Below the pieces are notes generated by a model. The model did no database searches. It saw only the letters and a program-made list of their open reading frames with translations, and was not told the origin of the DNA. Made by a program: the position numbers and the translations under genes. A stretch of 64,000 nucleotides of DNA, from contig CAWGQP010000002.1 of assembly GCA_963824855.1 (NCBI GenBank), positions 17,858-81,857 on the forward strand, written 5' to 3'. The stretch is from an uncultured Nitrospiraceae bacterium. GTDB taxonomy: Bacteria > Nitrospirota > Nitrospiria > Nitrospirales > Nitrospiraceae. Below are positions 47,484 to 58,181 of this stretch, one piece after another (position 1 is the first letter of the stretch; every line of letters starts with the position of its first letter).

Positions 47484-48772
47484 TCAGAGAGTCTTCGCCC
47501 GGTAGGTCAGCATACGAGGCTGCGTGTACTCGTCGAAAATCTTCTTGGCGGTCTCTCGCTCTTTGTCATCCTTCAGCGTGGCAAGATATTTGTCTTTCAG
47601 AGCCGGCTCCGCCGTTGGGATCAACTGTAGCTCAACACCGCCTCCACGGAGGCGGGGGTCGCGCCGGCCGGAACCGCGAACGAGAACGGCACCTTTCTCG
47701 TGTTCCCGCCTTTGATGAACGGATCCGGAATCGGCCCGCGAAGAATCTTGTCGTAGGGCAGCCCGAAGTGCTTCGTCTCCTGCGCCAGCACCTTGCCCTG
47801 CGCATCCTTGACCGTAATGGCCAAATCGAATTGTTTGAGCACCGGATCGCCGTCCGGGAAGCTGTGCGGCAGGCTGCCGACCTTGACCAGCGCCGTGCCT
47901 TCGACTTTCTCGGCGGACTTGCTGCTGTCGATGTCGATGCGGGGCATCCACTCGGCCTGAAGGTTGCGGTTCTTGAGCAGGATGCCCGGGATCACGACAC
48001 CCCGGAAATAATGGCGGCCGATCGAACGCGTCATGGCTCCGCGCTTCGAAGTCGAACTGCCCGTGGACTGCTCCATGTGGCAATCCTGACAAATCGTGCC
48101 CTGCAGGATTTCTCCCGGCAGATCCTTTTGCGTGACGTCTTTCACCTTGTCGAAATGGCAGGAGGCGCAGTAATTTGCGCCGCGGAACAACGGCACCTGC
48201 ACCGCCTCATGAACGAGATTCTCCTCCGGATCGGCATAGGGGCCGTGCATGGTCTTGCCCGGCTCGATCTTGAACGTGGGCGGCGGGCCATTGGTGCTTT
48301 CCTTGATCAGATGACAGGACGCGCAGCCGATGCCTTCGACCTGCGGCTTCCCGGAGAGGACCTGTGCGGCGATTTTTTCGGCGTACTGCGGGAACACCGT
48401 CGTCGACGGAACATGGCAGGAGAGGCAGCGCTTGCGTTCGTCCGCCGTGGGATTGGTCTGCAGCCACACGCCCAGCACGGTGCGAAACACCGGCGACTCC
48501 AGCGACGTGCCGTGCAGCAAGGCAGCGTCCACGCGGCCGAAGGTCTTGAGGTCGGGGGTCTGCTCCCTCGCGCCTTTCCATTCTTCATAGTGCCGGTCGT
48601 GACACTGCTTGCATTCCTCGGAACGGATGAAGACCTGCTCGATCTCATCGACCCACTTTTCCGGGCTCTGGCCGTTGGCCTTCTGCGCCACCGCCCCATC
48701 TTGGTAGAAGACCATGACGCCAAGCAGGAGCAGGGCTATGCACGTTGCGACTATGTGTCGTCTTGTCAACAT
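47484..48772 (-). CDS. Periplasmic pentaheme cytochrome c (paralogue), frameshift near 47630
   Basis: CKQCH, CLSCH, CASCH, CASCH, CQDCH; tail LIPTAEPALKDKY...RAKTL continues in another frame to 47484. Confidence 0.85.
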
Positions 48773-48791
48773 CGAATGTGATGGCTTATGC

Positions 48792-48956
48792 GGTGTTCAA
48801 AAAATCCATTGTCTTCACCCACTCATCCCCGAAGCGCCGAGACGCTTCATTCCTCGTCGGCCGCAGCAATGAAGCGATGCGAGAACAAAGCCTGGTGAAA
48901 AGCGTGTTTCGGCACGCTGGGCTGGGCGGGTGAGAAGGGTGCTTTTTTTCAACACC
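48792..48956. mobile_element. MITE-like element with 13-bp terminal inverted repeats and two inverted P modules
   Basis: GGTGTTCAAAAAA ... TTTTTTCAACACC (12/13 match); P-like TTCACCCACTCATCCCC at left and GGGCTGGGCGGGTGAGAA at right. Confidence 0.65.
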
Positions 48957-49466
48957 CTAATCTCGCTTACAGCCTACAAAGTGAAAATTGACACCCCAGC
49001 CGACGGGGTCGCCCGGGTCGGCCGGCTCGTAGGTGCCGACCGTGAAGTTGCATTCGTTCATGGCTTTCTTGATGTGCCGTCCGAAATCGAGCATGGTTTT
49101 GACTTCCTTCTTGTCGATTTCCTTGATGACGGACCGCACCTTGATCCCCGCGTAGTCGGCGCGAGAATTGCCGATGACTTCGAACACTGCCACGCCTTGT
49201 GGGCGCTGCAATTTCAGTTCTTTTTGAATCTCTTCGTCGACCTCGCCGACGACGACGCCGAAGTCTTCCCCAAGCTTGGCCGCCTCGTCGACCGTCATAC
49301 CGTCGGCCCCATCGTTCGCCGTTTGTCCCGGAAGCGGGCTGCCCAGCAGACCGAAGAATACCCCACACACAACAAGGGCCCTTCCCCAACGAAGGGCCCT
49401 CGTGGTGCCGTGCACGAAACTCTTGCGATGTTCCCCCAAGGTCGGCGCCTCGCGATGCCCGATCAC
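48957..49466 (-). CDS. Exported PDZ-domain protein
   Basis: FGVVVGEV...LKLQRPQGVAVFEVIGNSRADYAGIK...IKEID; true start probably downstream of 49466. Confidence 0.75.
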   Translation of the reverse strand: MIGHREAPTLGEHRKSFVHGTTRALRWGRALVVCGVFFGLLGSPLPGQTANDGADGMTVDEAAKLGEDFGVVVGEVDEEIQKELKLQRPQGVAVFEVIGNSRADYAGIKVRSVIKEIDKKEVKTMLDFGRHIKKAMNECNFTVGTYEPADPGDPVGWGVNFHFVGCKRD

Positions 49467-49502
49467 CCGCGCGATGGTTTCTCGTTCATCACACCATGAA
49501 AC

Positions 49503-50339
49503 CTAGATTTTCGCAATCGGATCAATGACCAACTGAAACCATGGCGCCACCGCTTTTTGACCATTCCGCTCCTTGTTTTCCCCGTTCCAGACGGCGAAGG
49601 AGACGGTTTGCACGCGCCCGGGAATGAGTTTGGCCTCGTTGTCCTGTTCCTCGGCGCCGAGTGGCCGGCGCATCACCACATGCCAGACCCCGTCCTTCCA
49701 TGTCGCCTTGCCCTGCACCCGCCCCTGCTTCTCCTTCGTCGTCAGCGTGCTGAATCCGCCGCCGATCAGGTCTTCCACCGAGGACACGCGGCGCGGGATC
49801 ACCTCGAAGGTCCGTACGCCCTCCCGCTGCTTGTCGGTGCTTCGGGCGGCCCGGCGATCGATGTCGCTCTGCCAATCGGCCTTCCAGTGCCAGATATTGA
49901 TGTAGTGGTCGAGTTGACCCATGCAAAAGAAGGCCGGCGCATCGCCGAGCGGAAGCCCGATGGCCACGCCGTCGCGGAACGTGCCGGGCGTCAACCGGTC
50001 ATTCTTCGTGTTGTCCTGCCATTCCAACAGAAACGCGATATCGGTCCCGTTGTGAATGGAGCGGACGCTCAAGGCGCGCGCGGTTGGCTCCGGCCAGACA
50101 GGCCTGGTGATCACCTGGCCGCTCAACGGCAGCGTCATCGGCGGGACTTTCGCCCAGGTAGGATCCTCGGGGGTCGTCGGCAGATCGCCCTCGATCAGAT
50201 GGGCGCGGATCACCATGCCTTCGGAGCTCACGAGCGGAATGCCCATGCCGCCCAAGACCGCGGCCGACACAAGAATGCAGAAGAAGAGGAAGAGCAGAGA
50301 ACGGGGAGGTTTCTTGGTCGTCTTGCGCAGCATGCTCAT
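49503..50339 (-). CDS. nxrC: EbdC-like heme b subunit (candidate nitrite oxidoreductase gamma subunit, paralogue)
   Basis: N-terminal TM; LEWQD.TKND, FRDGVAI, CMGQ (Met ligand), INIWHWKADWQ, FAVWNG...ERNGQK (Lys ligand). Confidence 0.78.
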   Translation of the reverse strand: MSMLRKTTKKPPRSLLFLFFCILVSAAVLGGMGIPLVSSEGMVIRAHLIEGDLPTTPEDPTWAKVPPMTLPLSGQVITRPVWPEPTARALSVRSIHNGTDIAFLLEWQDNTKNDRLTPGTFRDGVAIGLPLGDAPAFFCMGQLDHYINIWHWKADWQSDIDRRAARSTDKQREGVRTFEVIPRRVSSVEDLIGGGFSTLTTKEKQGRVQGKATWKDGVWHVVMRRPLGAEEQDNEAKLIPGRVQTVSFAVWNGENKERNGQKAVAPWFQLVIDPIAKI

Positions 50340-50456
50340 GTCCTGGTTGACCAAGCCGAGAGCCGGCGGAAACAGCCTGCGGACCGTCCAGCGGCGGCCG
50401 CGGATGTCACCATACCACAAAACACTTGAGCGACCAATGAACGCGGATTCGGGTTT

Positions 50457-51710
50457 CTACCAAAGACGCACGCGCCGGATCTTGTTCTCGCCGCGCTCGC
50501 AGATGTAGAGGTGCCCGACGGAATCCAACGCAAGCCCGACCGGCGAATTGACGACCGCCTCGACGCCCAGCAGGCCGTCGCCGTGCTTGAGCGTGCCGGC
50601 GGATTCCTTGGCGACGAACCGGGCCGCGCCGCAGCCGCCCATGTTCTTGTCATCGTAGCCGCTGTCGCCGTTCCCCGCCACGGTGGTGATGATGCCGGTG
50701 GCCGCATCGACTCGGCGCACGCGATGGTTCATCGTGTCGGACACGTAAAGATTGTCCTGTGCGTCGAAGACCACGGCCTCTGGCGCGTGAAGCATCGCGC
50801 GGGTGGCCGGCTTGTCGTCGCCATCGTAGCCGTAGCGGCAGACGCCGGCGAGCGTGGAAATCACGCCCGTCTTCCGATCGATCTTGCGAACGCGGTTGCT
50901 GCCCTTGTCGACGATCACGACGTCGCCCTTCCCGTCCACGGCGATGCCGACGACGTCGTAGAGGCGGGCCTCCATCGCGGGCTTGCCGTCATCCAGATAC
51001 ATCGACATGTCGAGGCCGTCCGAGCAGACCGGCATGAGCCAGCCGTGATCGTCGCTGAAATCGATGCCGATGGCGTCGCCCGAGAGGACCACGAGGTTGC
51101 GGGCCACGAGCGGCTGCTCGCGCGCATCGTCTTCGGCGGACCAGGCGCCGGCAATCGTCGTCACGAGGCCCGTGCGGGGATCGTAGCAGCGGATCTTGTG
51201 GGCCTGCGTATCGGCGATGTACAGCACATCGTCTTTGTCGAAGGCCATGGCCGCGGGCCACGTGAGATTGACCTCGAGCGCCGGACCATCGCCGTTAAAG
51301 CCATGCTGGCCGGTGCCGACGATCGTGGTGATCACGCCGGTGTCGCGGTCGACTTTGCGGATGCGGTTGCTGCCGGAGTCGCAGATGTAGAGATGGTTCT
51401 GGGAATCGAAGGCGACGTCGAGCGGCAGATAGAGCCCCGCTTCGCCGCAGGGCCCTTCGTCGCCGCTGTAGCAGGTTTCACCGATGCCGGCGAAATTGTG
51501 CAGCGTGCCCTCTTGAAGGTCGACGCGCCGGATGCGGTCTGACCCGGACTCGGCAAAATAGAACCAGCGCTCGTGCTTGTCGAGCGCAGCATGGTGCGGC
51601 AGCGGAATGCCGGCCTTGACCGCGCGTTTGCCGTCTCCGGTGCTGCGCGCCTTGCCGTTTCCCGCAAAGGTCTCGATGTACCCGAGGGCGAGCTGAAGTT
51701 CTGTGTCCAT
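50457..51710 (-). CDS. NHL-repeat beta-propeller protein
   Basis: Repeated P.DVAFD....LYI.D..SNRIRKVD..TG.ITT.AG.G..G..GD. Confidence 0.9.
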   Translation of the reverse strand: MDTELQLALGYIETFAGNGKARSTGDGKRAVKAGIPLPHHAALDKHERWFYFAESGSDRIRRVDLQEGTLHNFAGIGETCYSGDEGPCGEAGLYLPLDVAFDSQNHLYICDSGSNRIRKVDRDTGVITTIVGTGQHGFNGDGPALEVNLTWPAAMAFDKDDVLYIADTQAHKIRCYDPRTGLVTTIAGAWSAEDDAREQPLVARNLVVLSGDAIGIDFSDDHGWLMPVCSDGLDMSMYLDDGKPAMEARLYDVVGIAVDGKGDVVIVDKGSNRVRKIDRKTGVISTLAGVCRYGYDGDDKPATRAMLHAPEAVVFDAQDNLYVSDTMNHRVRRVDAATGIITTVAGNGDSGYDDKNMGGCGAARFVAKESAGTLKHGDGLLGVEAVVNSPVGLALDSVGHLYICERGENKIRRVRLW

Positions 51711-51734
51711 GTGCGTCCTGATCCGTCGCGCCGC

Positions 51735-52010
51735 TTAGGAAGCGCGGCGTCGCCGGCTGCGGACCGCGGCCGGCTGTTCCACGGCCGGCGCCGGGGCCGA
51801 CTGGATGGATGCCTGAGGCGCCGCCATCTGCTGCTGGGCCGCGGCTTCGGCCTCGGCTTCGATAGCGTCCGCTTCATGCACCGACTTCTTGAAGCCCTTG
51901 ATGGCCTTCCCGAGTCCTTCTCCCAGCTGCGGCAGCTTGCCCGCGCCGAAAATGATCAAAACGATGAAGAGGATCAGGATCAGCTCTGTAAATCCCATAC
52001 TCCCAAACAT
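51735..52010 (-). CDS. tatA: Twin-arginine translocase TatA/E subunit
   Basis: [38 protein letters not shown]; extreme C-terminus may be frameshifted. Confidence 0.92.
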   Translation of the reverse strand: MFGSMGFTELILILFIVLIIFGAGKLPQLGEGLGKAIKGFKKSVHEADAIEAEAEAAAQQQMAAPQASIQSAPAPAVEQPAAVRSRRRRAS

Positions 52011-52035
52011 GGTGTGTTCCTCCGGTAAGAGTGAA

Positions 52036-52839
52036 TCAGGATGCGCTCGTTTTACTCCGTTTGGCAAAGCGTTCTTTCAACCGCTGACGCGCCTGCTCGG
52101 CCTGTTCGAACATTTTGCACTTGTCGTAGACGCTGATCAGATTGTAGTAGGCCAGCGGCTCGTCCGCATTGTGCTCGACGGCGTCTTCCATGACCTTGAT
52201 CGCCAGATCCGATTTCTTGTGATTGAGGGCCAGCTCCATCAGCTTGAAACTGCCTTCCAGATGCTTCGGGATCCAGCTCGAGCGTGCGGAGATAGCACTG
52301 GATCGCCGCATCGATCGTGTTGTAGTCGGAGACCTGGGGATTGTCGAGCTCGACGTAGATGCCCGCGAGATTGTACCAGGCCATCGGATCGTCCGGCGTG
52401 ATCTCGACCAGCCGTTCATAAAAGCCCTTCGGCGTCCATGATACTTTTTCTTGTCGGCGCAGAGCCGGCCCAGATTGAAGAGCGCCAGCACGTCGTGCGG
52501 GAACACGTCCAGCGCGCGCTTGAACTCGGCCTCGGCTTCATCCGCCATGCTCTTGGTCGCGTAGATCGTGCCGAGATTCGAGTAGTACATGGCGAGCGAG
52601 CGGTTCATTTCCGCGCGGATACCTTCGGCCATTTCAATCGATTTCTTCACTTCGACCAAGGCGTCGTCCAACCGGCCCTTGCTGAAATACAGCTCACCCA
52701 GTCGGCAACGGGCTTGAAAATCGTCCGGCTCGGCGGCCAGCAGCTTTTCAATTTCGATGATTTCCTCATCCGGGTTCAACGGCTGATCGCCCGGATCCAC
52801 CGCTGCCCTGCTCTGTTCCGAAGACGTGGTTTCGTCCAT
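52036..52839 (-). CDS. Tetratricopeptide repeat protein with compensating frameshifts (~52440, ~52430, ~52268)
   Basis: TPR units ([35 protein letters not shown]); the middle TPR ([10 protein letters not shown]) lies in the 52052..52384 frame. Confidence 0.85.
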   Translation of the reverse strand: MDETTSSEQSRAAVDPGDQPLNPDEEIIEIEKLLAAEPDDFQARCRLGELYFSKGRLDDALVEVKKSIEMAEGIRAEMNRSLAMYYSNLGTIYATKSMADEAEAEFKRALDVFPHDVLALFNLGRLCADKKKYHGRRRAFMNGWSRSRRTIRWPGTISRASTSSSTIPRSPTTTRSMRRSSAISARSSWIPKHLEGSFKLMELALNHKKSDLAIKVMEDAVEHNADEPLAYYNLISVYDKCKMFEQAEQARQRLKERFAKRSKTSAS

Positions 52840-52870
52840 GACAAGCCCCTATGGCAAAAGATTACACAGA

Positions 52871-53986
52871 TTACACATGTCCGCCGACCAACGAGTCAGA
52901 CGTTCTCATCACCGCCTGGTCCGCCACGGAGTCGGACGCATCGCGCCGGTAGCGGTCCATCGTCAACAACATGACACCCAAGACGACCATCAGCGTCAGA
53001 TTCGAGTACAAGAGCGCATAGCCCGCGATAAACATGAGCCCCAGGCCGTAGCCCGCCAGCCGTCCCATGGTCAGCAGCTTGATCACGGTATAGGACCAGC
53101 ACAAAAGGCCGGCCATATACAGCGCGAACGGAAGATAAAAGGTGTATCCCATCCCGAACTGGAAAATCCACCCGATGCCGTCCGCCGCCTTGCGGATGTT
53201 ACTGGCAAGCGCCGGATTGTATTGATTGAGCAGATAATCCAAGAAGAACATCGAGACGAAGATTGCGGCGGCCGTGCTCCAGAACCAGATGGCCCGGTGC
53301 CGCTGGCGCTGGTTGCGCGACCGGAACGACACGCCCCGCCCGTAGGCCCAGAAGACCAGAATGCTGGCAAGCACCATGCAGGCTTCACCGGCCCGGTGCG
53401 CCTCGTACACCATCGGCGGCGCGACCACGGTCCCTGCGAAACTGAAGAAGGTGGAGACGATCTGGTAATAGAGCCACCCGCCGATGCCCAAGAGATACGT
53501 GATGCCAAGGAGCCGGTGTGACCGGTCGTGATGCGTCGACAGATATTCGCTCATCAGCAGGACGATCGCCGAGAGGGCCGCGGTGTTGTAGATGGCCGAG
53601 CCGAGCATGGACGGCGGCACGAACAGAAATCCGATCGTCAGCAGCAGCAACAGCGCAATGCAGGGCGCGATGAAGCGGGTCAATCCGGTAAACCCGCGGG
53701 CGGCCAGCCGATTGGCCATACCGACCGTCAGGCCGAGGAACAATAGAATCGCGACGACATTCAGGAGCCACTGGCCGACTTCGGTCAGAGCCGTAAAGGT
53801 CGGGATGATCCACTGATGATCGGCGGCCAGCTTGCTCAAGTGCATGCCGAGCCGGGACACCAGCCGGTAGAGGATCAGCTCGAGGAACGCGACCAACAGC
53901 ACGAGCTTGATCGTGTACTGGAAGAGAAGCGGCTGATCGCTCAGCCTTCCGGTGATGCGTTCGATGGTGGTTGCAGTTGCCGGCAC
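52871..53986 (-). CDS. Polytopic membrane protein, hypothetical
   Basis: About ten hydrophobic segments; GGAG RBS before a GTG start. Confidence 0.75.
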   Translation of the reverse strand: MPATATTIERITGRLSDQPLLFQYTIKLVLLVAFLELILYRLVSRLGMHLSKLAADHQWIIPTFTALTEVGQWLLNVVAILLFLGLTVGMANRLAARGFTGLTRFIAPCIALLLLLTIGFLFVPPSMLGSAIYNTAALSAIVLLMSEYLSTHHDRSHRLLGITYLLGIGGWLYYQIVSTFFSFAGTVVAPPMVYEAHRAGEACMVLASILVFWAYGRGVSFRSRNQRQRHRAIWFWSTAAAIFVSMFFLDYLLNQYNPALASNIRKAADGIGWIFQFGMGYTFYLPFALYMAGLLCWSYTVIKLLTMGRLAGYGLGLMFIAGYALLYSNLTLMVVLGVMLLTMDRYRRDASDSVADQAVMRTSDSLVGGHV

Positions 53987-54009
53987 GAATGCTCCGACGA
54001 TGGTTGTAA

Positions 54010-54039
54010 ATTATACCGACCGGCAAAAAAACCGGTCAA
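54010..54039 (-). promoter_or_regulatory. Sigma70-type promoter TTGACC-N18-TATAAT
   Basis: Near-consensus boxes 24 bp upstream of the 53986 start; spacer contains a homopolymer. Confidence 0.55.
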
Positions 54040-55841
54040 CACTGCCCGCCTTCAGTTACGACTGTCGCGGCGGAGACCGCGCGCCGCTCTTCCGCCTTGG
54101 CCCGTGCGATATACAGCAGCCCGTCCGCCATCGAGTAGTTGAACGGCAGCTCGCACACCACTTCACTGATTTTTTCGTACACATGCTGATAGAGCCGCTC
54201 GGCCTCGTCGGGCGTCATGCCTTCCTGCACTTCATAGAAGAACCCGAGGCTCAGATCTTCCGCCGACGGCCGCATGATCCGCCGGATGCCGTAGCCGCCC
54301 GGATCGCTCATGATCGGCGCTTCCTTCTCGAGATCGAACAGGCAGGGCTGGCAGGAGAAGCCGTAGGACTCGTTCAGCTTCTTGTTCTCGACGATGAAGT
54401 TCATCGTCTCCAGCGCTTCCTCTTCCTTCTCGGTCGGGAAGCCGACGATGATGTAGCAGTGCACGGCGATGCCGAGATCGACGCAATCGCTCTGCGATCC
54501 GCCGCACCCACTCCTGCTGGATGCCCTTCTTCATGAAATCCATGATCCGCTGATTGAACGACTCCAGCCCGAACACGATTTTCAGACAGCCGGCGTCCCG
54601 CATGGAGGCGAGCAGTTCGCGCGTCAGATGCTTCTCGAAGCGCATCTCGCAGGTCCATTTCACGTCGAGCCGGCGGTCGATCATCTGCTGGCAAAGCCGC
54701 TTGGTCGGCGACAGCGCGAAGCATTCATCGGTAAAGAAGAAGTTTCGCACGCCATAGCGCTGCTTGAGCCATTCCAGTTCCTCGATCGTGCGGCCCGGCT
54801 CCTTCTGCCGGAAATTCTGGTGGTCCAGCGTCAAGGCGCAGAACGCGCAATCCTTGTAGTAACAGCCGCGGGAGAACTGCACGGGCAGCACCGGCTCGGG
54901 CGAGAGATAGCGGTCCGAGCGGAAAGCCGTCGTAGTTCGGCGCCGGCAATTGATTGACGTTCTCCGAGTAGAACGGCTGGTTGACCGTGATCTTGCCGTT
55001 CTGGCGATAGATCAGATTGGGGACTTTGCTGAAATCCTTCTTTCCCGCCATCTGGTTCACCAGCTCAAGCAAGGCGGTCTCCCCTTCGAACACCACGAAG
55101 TCGTCGGTGATGTCGAAGAGACTGGGACAGCGGCGGAGATTGTCGACCAGTCGCGTGAAGATGCTGCCGCCGATCGTCAGATGGATGTCGGGCGCCGTTT
55201 CTTTGATCAGCCGGCAGAGCGTGAGGCCCGGAATGATCTGCGAGGTGGCCGTGATGGAGACGCCGATCAGTTCCGGACGGTCGGCGATGATCGAGGGGAG
55301 GAAGCGTTCGCGGAAGAGCTTGATGTAGGGATTCTGCTGCTCGTCGCGGATGACCTTCATCAAGTCCTTGGACGAGTAAATGGAATACGTGCTGAATTGA
55401 TTGTCGACCACCGTGAGCCGGGTCGGGAAATAGAGCGTGGACAGCACTTCGAGCCACTTGTCGATCAGAAAGAGGCTTTCCCGGTAGGCTTCCATGTCGT
55501 AGAAGCCCTCGCTCGCGAAGCGTATCCTTCGCCAGTTCAATGCGGTCGATCAGATAGGGAAACCGGTCGAGCGATTCGATGACTCTCGCCAGATGCTCGG
55601 CACTGCCTGGGCCCGTTTCACCGGTCCGCTCCCGCTCAAGGCCGTGCTTTTTGTCGAGCAATTCCTGATAGAGCCCGGCGCCATAGGATTGGGTGACGAC
55701 CTCGTCGAGCAGCTCGATCCCCAGATCGCGCTGAGTCACATTGGTCACGCCGGCCTGGGCGAGAAAGCCTGTTAGCGAAGGTAGGCTGAGATAGGGTTGA
55801 GACGGATGCCAGGTCGGAGGAAAAAGCAGCGAGACTTTCAT
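54036..55841 (-). CDS. B12-binding radical SAM protein, split into four frames
   Basis: PYLSLPSL, LIGVSI, IGGS, FEGE, SRGCYYKDCAFC (CxxxCxxC), FTDEC, FGLES, YIIVGFPTE across ORFs 55065..55841, 54725..55540, 54232..54891 and 54036..54464. Confidence 0.85.
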
Positions 55842-55972
55842 GCCAAATCTCTACCGAGAGAATTGAAAAATAAGATAAATCTCGAAAGATATGGACCTAT
55901 GTTTTATACACTCCGCCCCCGCTCAAATGCAACCCTCTCGCGCGCCGGTCAAAATCGCAGCTCCCATAAATA

Positions 55973-56005
55973 GAAAAGCCCCAGCTCGGAGAACTGGGGC
56001 TTTTC
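55973..56005. terminator. Rho-independent terminator downstream of nxrC
   Basis: GAAAAGCCCCAG-ctcggagaa-CTGGGGCTTTTC. Confidence 0.8.
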
Positions 56006-56064
56006 ATCGGACTGTCTGCTCCACCCCTGAAGGGATGGAACATGGTCACTCAGACCCGTTCAGC

Positions 56065-57018
56065 TCACGGAAGCTTGAGCGTGAACCAGGTGGAGAGCGC
56101 CTTCATGCCGTTACGCTCGATGTTGTTGCCGTCCCACACCGCGAACGCGATGGGCACGGACATTCCTGCCTTGAACTGCGTGTCGTTCGCATCGCCTGTT
56201 TCCATCGTACGCTTCACGACTATGCGCCAGGTCGGGCCGCTATAGCCGCCGCCCTTGACGGAACCGGCCGGCTCCCACACGCCGTTGCCGATGACATCCT
56301 GATGGGCTTGGGTCGTCAGGGTGCTGAAGCCGTTGGCATTCAGATCCTCAACGGAGCTCACACGCAGGGTCGGATCTGACATGATGTTGCCTGACCAAAT
56401 GCCGGGATTGAAGGGTCCAAGGCTGCGGCCGATCCGGTCCGGATAGGTCACGCCGCCGGCAGGCTCTTCAAAGTAGTAATCCCAGAAAATGCCAGGATAT
56501 TGATCGTCCACATCCCAGAGGCCCGCGCTGTCCTTGCCGAGGTCCTTCTGCCACTCCGCGTTCCACCGCCAGATGTTGGTGGTCCCGCCAGATTGGCCCA
56601 TGCACTGGAACGGCGGGGCACCGGACGTATTCACCGGGAACATGATCGCGGCCTGGTCACGGAAGTCCTGTGGACCGATCGTCGTGTCGTTCTTGGTCTG
56701 ATCGCTCCACTCAACGCGCAACCCAACTTCCTTGCCGTTGCTCATGGCCTTCACGAACACCGACTTCACCGAGATGTTCGGGTGCATCGGCGTCGTGATC
56801 AATTGGCCGCTCAATGGCACGATGACACCGGGAACGCTCTCCCATACAGGGTTCGCCCCATCCATCGGGATGGGCCCCTTGACCGCCTTCGCCGGGATGG
56901 TCACCGGTTGGCTGACGGCCAACGGCACCTGCCCAATCGTCAACATCACGCCAACGATCAGGGCAGAGAGAAGAATGCCAAACACCACAGACTTGTTGTG
57001 TGTCTGCACTACTCTCAT
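56065..57018 (-). CDS. nxrC: EbdC-like heme b subunit, nitrite oxidoreductase gamma subunit candidate
   Basis: Signal/TM; EWSDQTKND, FRDQAAI, FQCMGQ, NIWRWNAEWQ, FAVWDG..IERNGMK; strong GAGGAGG RBS; own terminator; follows the chaperone gene. Confidence 0.85.
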   Translation of the reverse strand: MRVVQTHNKSVVFGILLSALIVGVMLTIGQVPLAVSQPVTIPAKAVKGPIPMDGANPVWESVPGVIVPLSGQLITTPMHPNISVKSVFVKAMSNGKEVGLRVEWSDQTKNDTTIGPQDFRDQAAIMFPVNTSGAPPFQCMGQSGGTTNIWRWNAEWQKDLGKDSAGLWDVDDQYPGIFWDYYFEEPAGGVTYPDRIGRSLGPFNPGIWSGNIMSDPTLRVSSVEDLNANGFSTLTTQAHQDVIGNGVWEPAGSVKGGGYSGPTWRIVVKRTMETGDANDTQFKAGMSVPIAFAVWDGNNIERNGMKALSTWFTLKLP

Positions 57019-57104
57019 GGACTATGCCCTCCTCTCGATTAAATGATTAAGATTGACCCAAAATTGCTGACATAAAAAGCGAACACCGACTCAACACAAG
57101 AGCG

Positions 57105-58069
57105 CTAGGCGGTCCCGACCGGCCCCCCTTCCTCCTTGTCCTTGTCCTTTTGATCCATGAAATTCTGCGCGCCTGTTTCGTTCAACAAGAGATTCAATTC
57201 GTTGCCTTGGTCCTGCGCACCGCACTCATAGGTCTGTCCTTCCGGCGCATTGAACGTGGCCGGACGATAATCAGTTTCTGAATAGGTCTGCGGAGTCACA
57301 CCGAGGAACGCCGCTTCAAAATCCATCCAGTCGCGACATCAGATCCGCCACATGCTTGAAGAGACCCGGAGTCCGCCTTCTTGATCAGCATCCGACAGAA
57401 CAGAGGCACCCAGCGCCCGATATGATTCTTCACGAATTTCTTTTGGGCATCGACGACGATTTGGGTTTTTTCCGCGCCGTCATGGCAGCGCGAATAGGAT
57501 TCTTTATAGGCCAGGAAGTGCATGAACTCGAATTCGACACTCAGATGATCGAGCCGCTCGTGGATATCTTTGGAGAGCTCGACCCCGAACGCCTTATAGA
57601 AGCCGGCGATGTCGCCCATGACATGGGATTGCGCAAAGACGTGATCGTTACCGAACAGCGTTTCGTAGGGAGGACAGTCGAGCGTAATGACGTTGCTGAA
57701 CACGCGCCGGTGTTCGGCCTGCAGTTCGCTCAATTGCCAGTTCACACACTCGGAGGCGATCAGTTTTTCGATCTGGTCGAACTGCTTGCGCATCAATGCC
57801 AGCTTTTGCTTGGCCCGGTCCCCTCCGATCCCGTCGAGCGCCGTCTCCAAGGCATCGAGCGCCGCGCGCCCGTCTTCCACGAATTCGCCGCACTGCAAGT
57901 AGTCGAGGAACTCGTCGTCTTCGGGGTAAAGCAGGCTCCAAGAAACGAGGAGATAGAGCTTGCTGCGATTGAGTGCACGTTCGACTGCGGGGGAATCTTT
58001 AATCGGGGGATTCGGAATGACAGCGGCTGCGGATTGCGTAGAGCCTTGTACCGACTGCTTACTCGTCAT
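57105..58069 (-). CDS. TorD/DmsD family molybdoenzyme maturation chaperone, frameshift near 57350
   Basis: CPPYET.F, DIAGFYKAFG, ERLDHLSVEFEFM, HIGRWVP.F; C-terminus in ORF 57105..57326. Confidence 0.88.
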
Positions 58070-58152
58070 GAGAATATGCTCCTCACTTTGACCCCGTTGC
58101 CGTGAAACATTTCTTCGGCAACTTCGGTCAAACCAGTGGCGAAAGCCTGGGT

Positions 58153-58181
58153 ATGATAGGTAAAGGTTAAAGAGTTGTCAA
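58153..58181 (-). promoter_or_regulatory. Sigma70 promoter TTGACA-N17-TATCAT for chaperone-nxrC
   Basis: Perfect -35 box, 17-nt spacer and 5/6 -10 box, ~85 bp upstream of the chaperone start. Confidence 0.7.

Noticed and set aside
47120-48781. 553-aa + strand ORF (also 31567..32922 and 28664..29764 on the minus strand)
   Set aside because: Antisense to well-supported cytochrome and PDH genes
54036-55841. Programmed frameshifting or pseudogene status for the radical SAM and neighbouring genes
   Set aside because: No slippery heptamers noticed at the breaks, and indels affect many unrelated genes, which fits consensus error better
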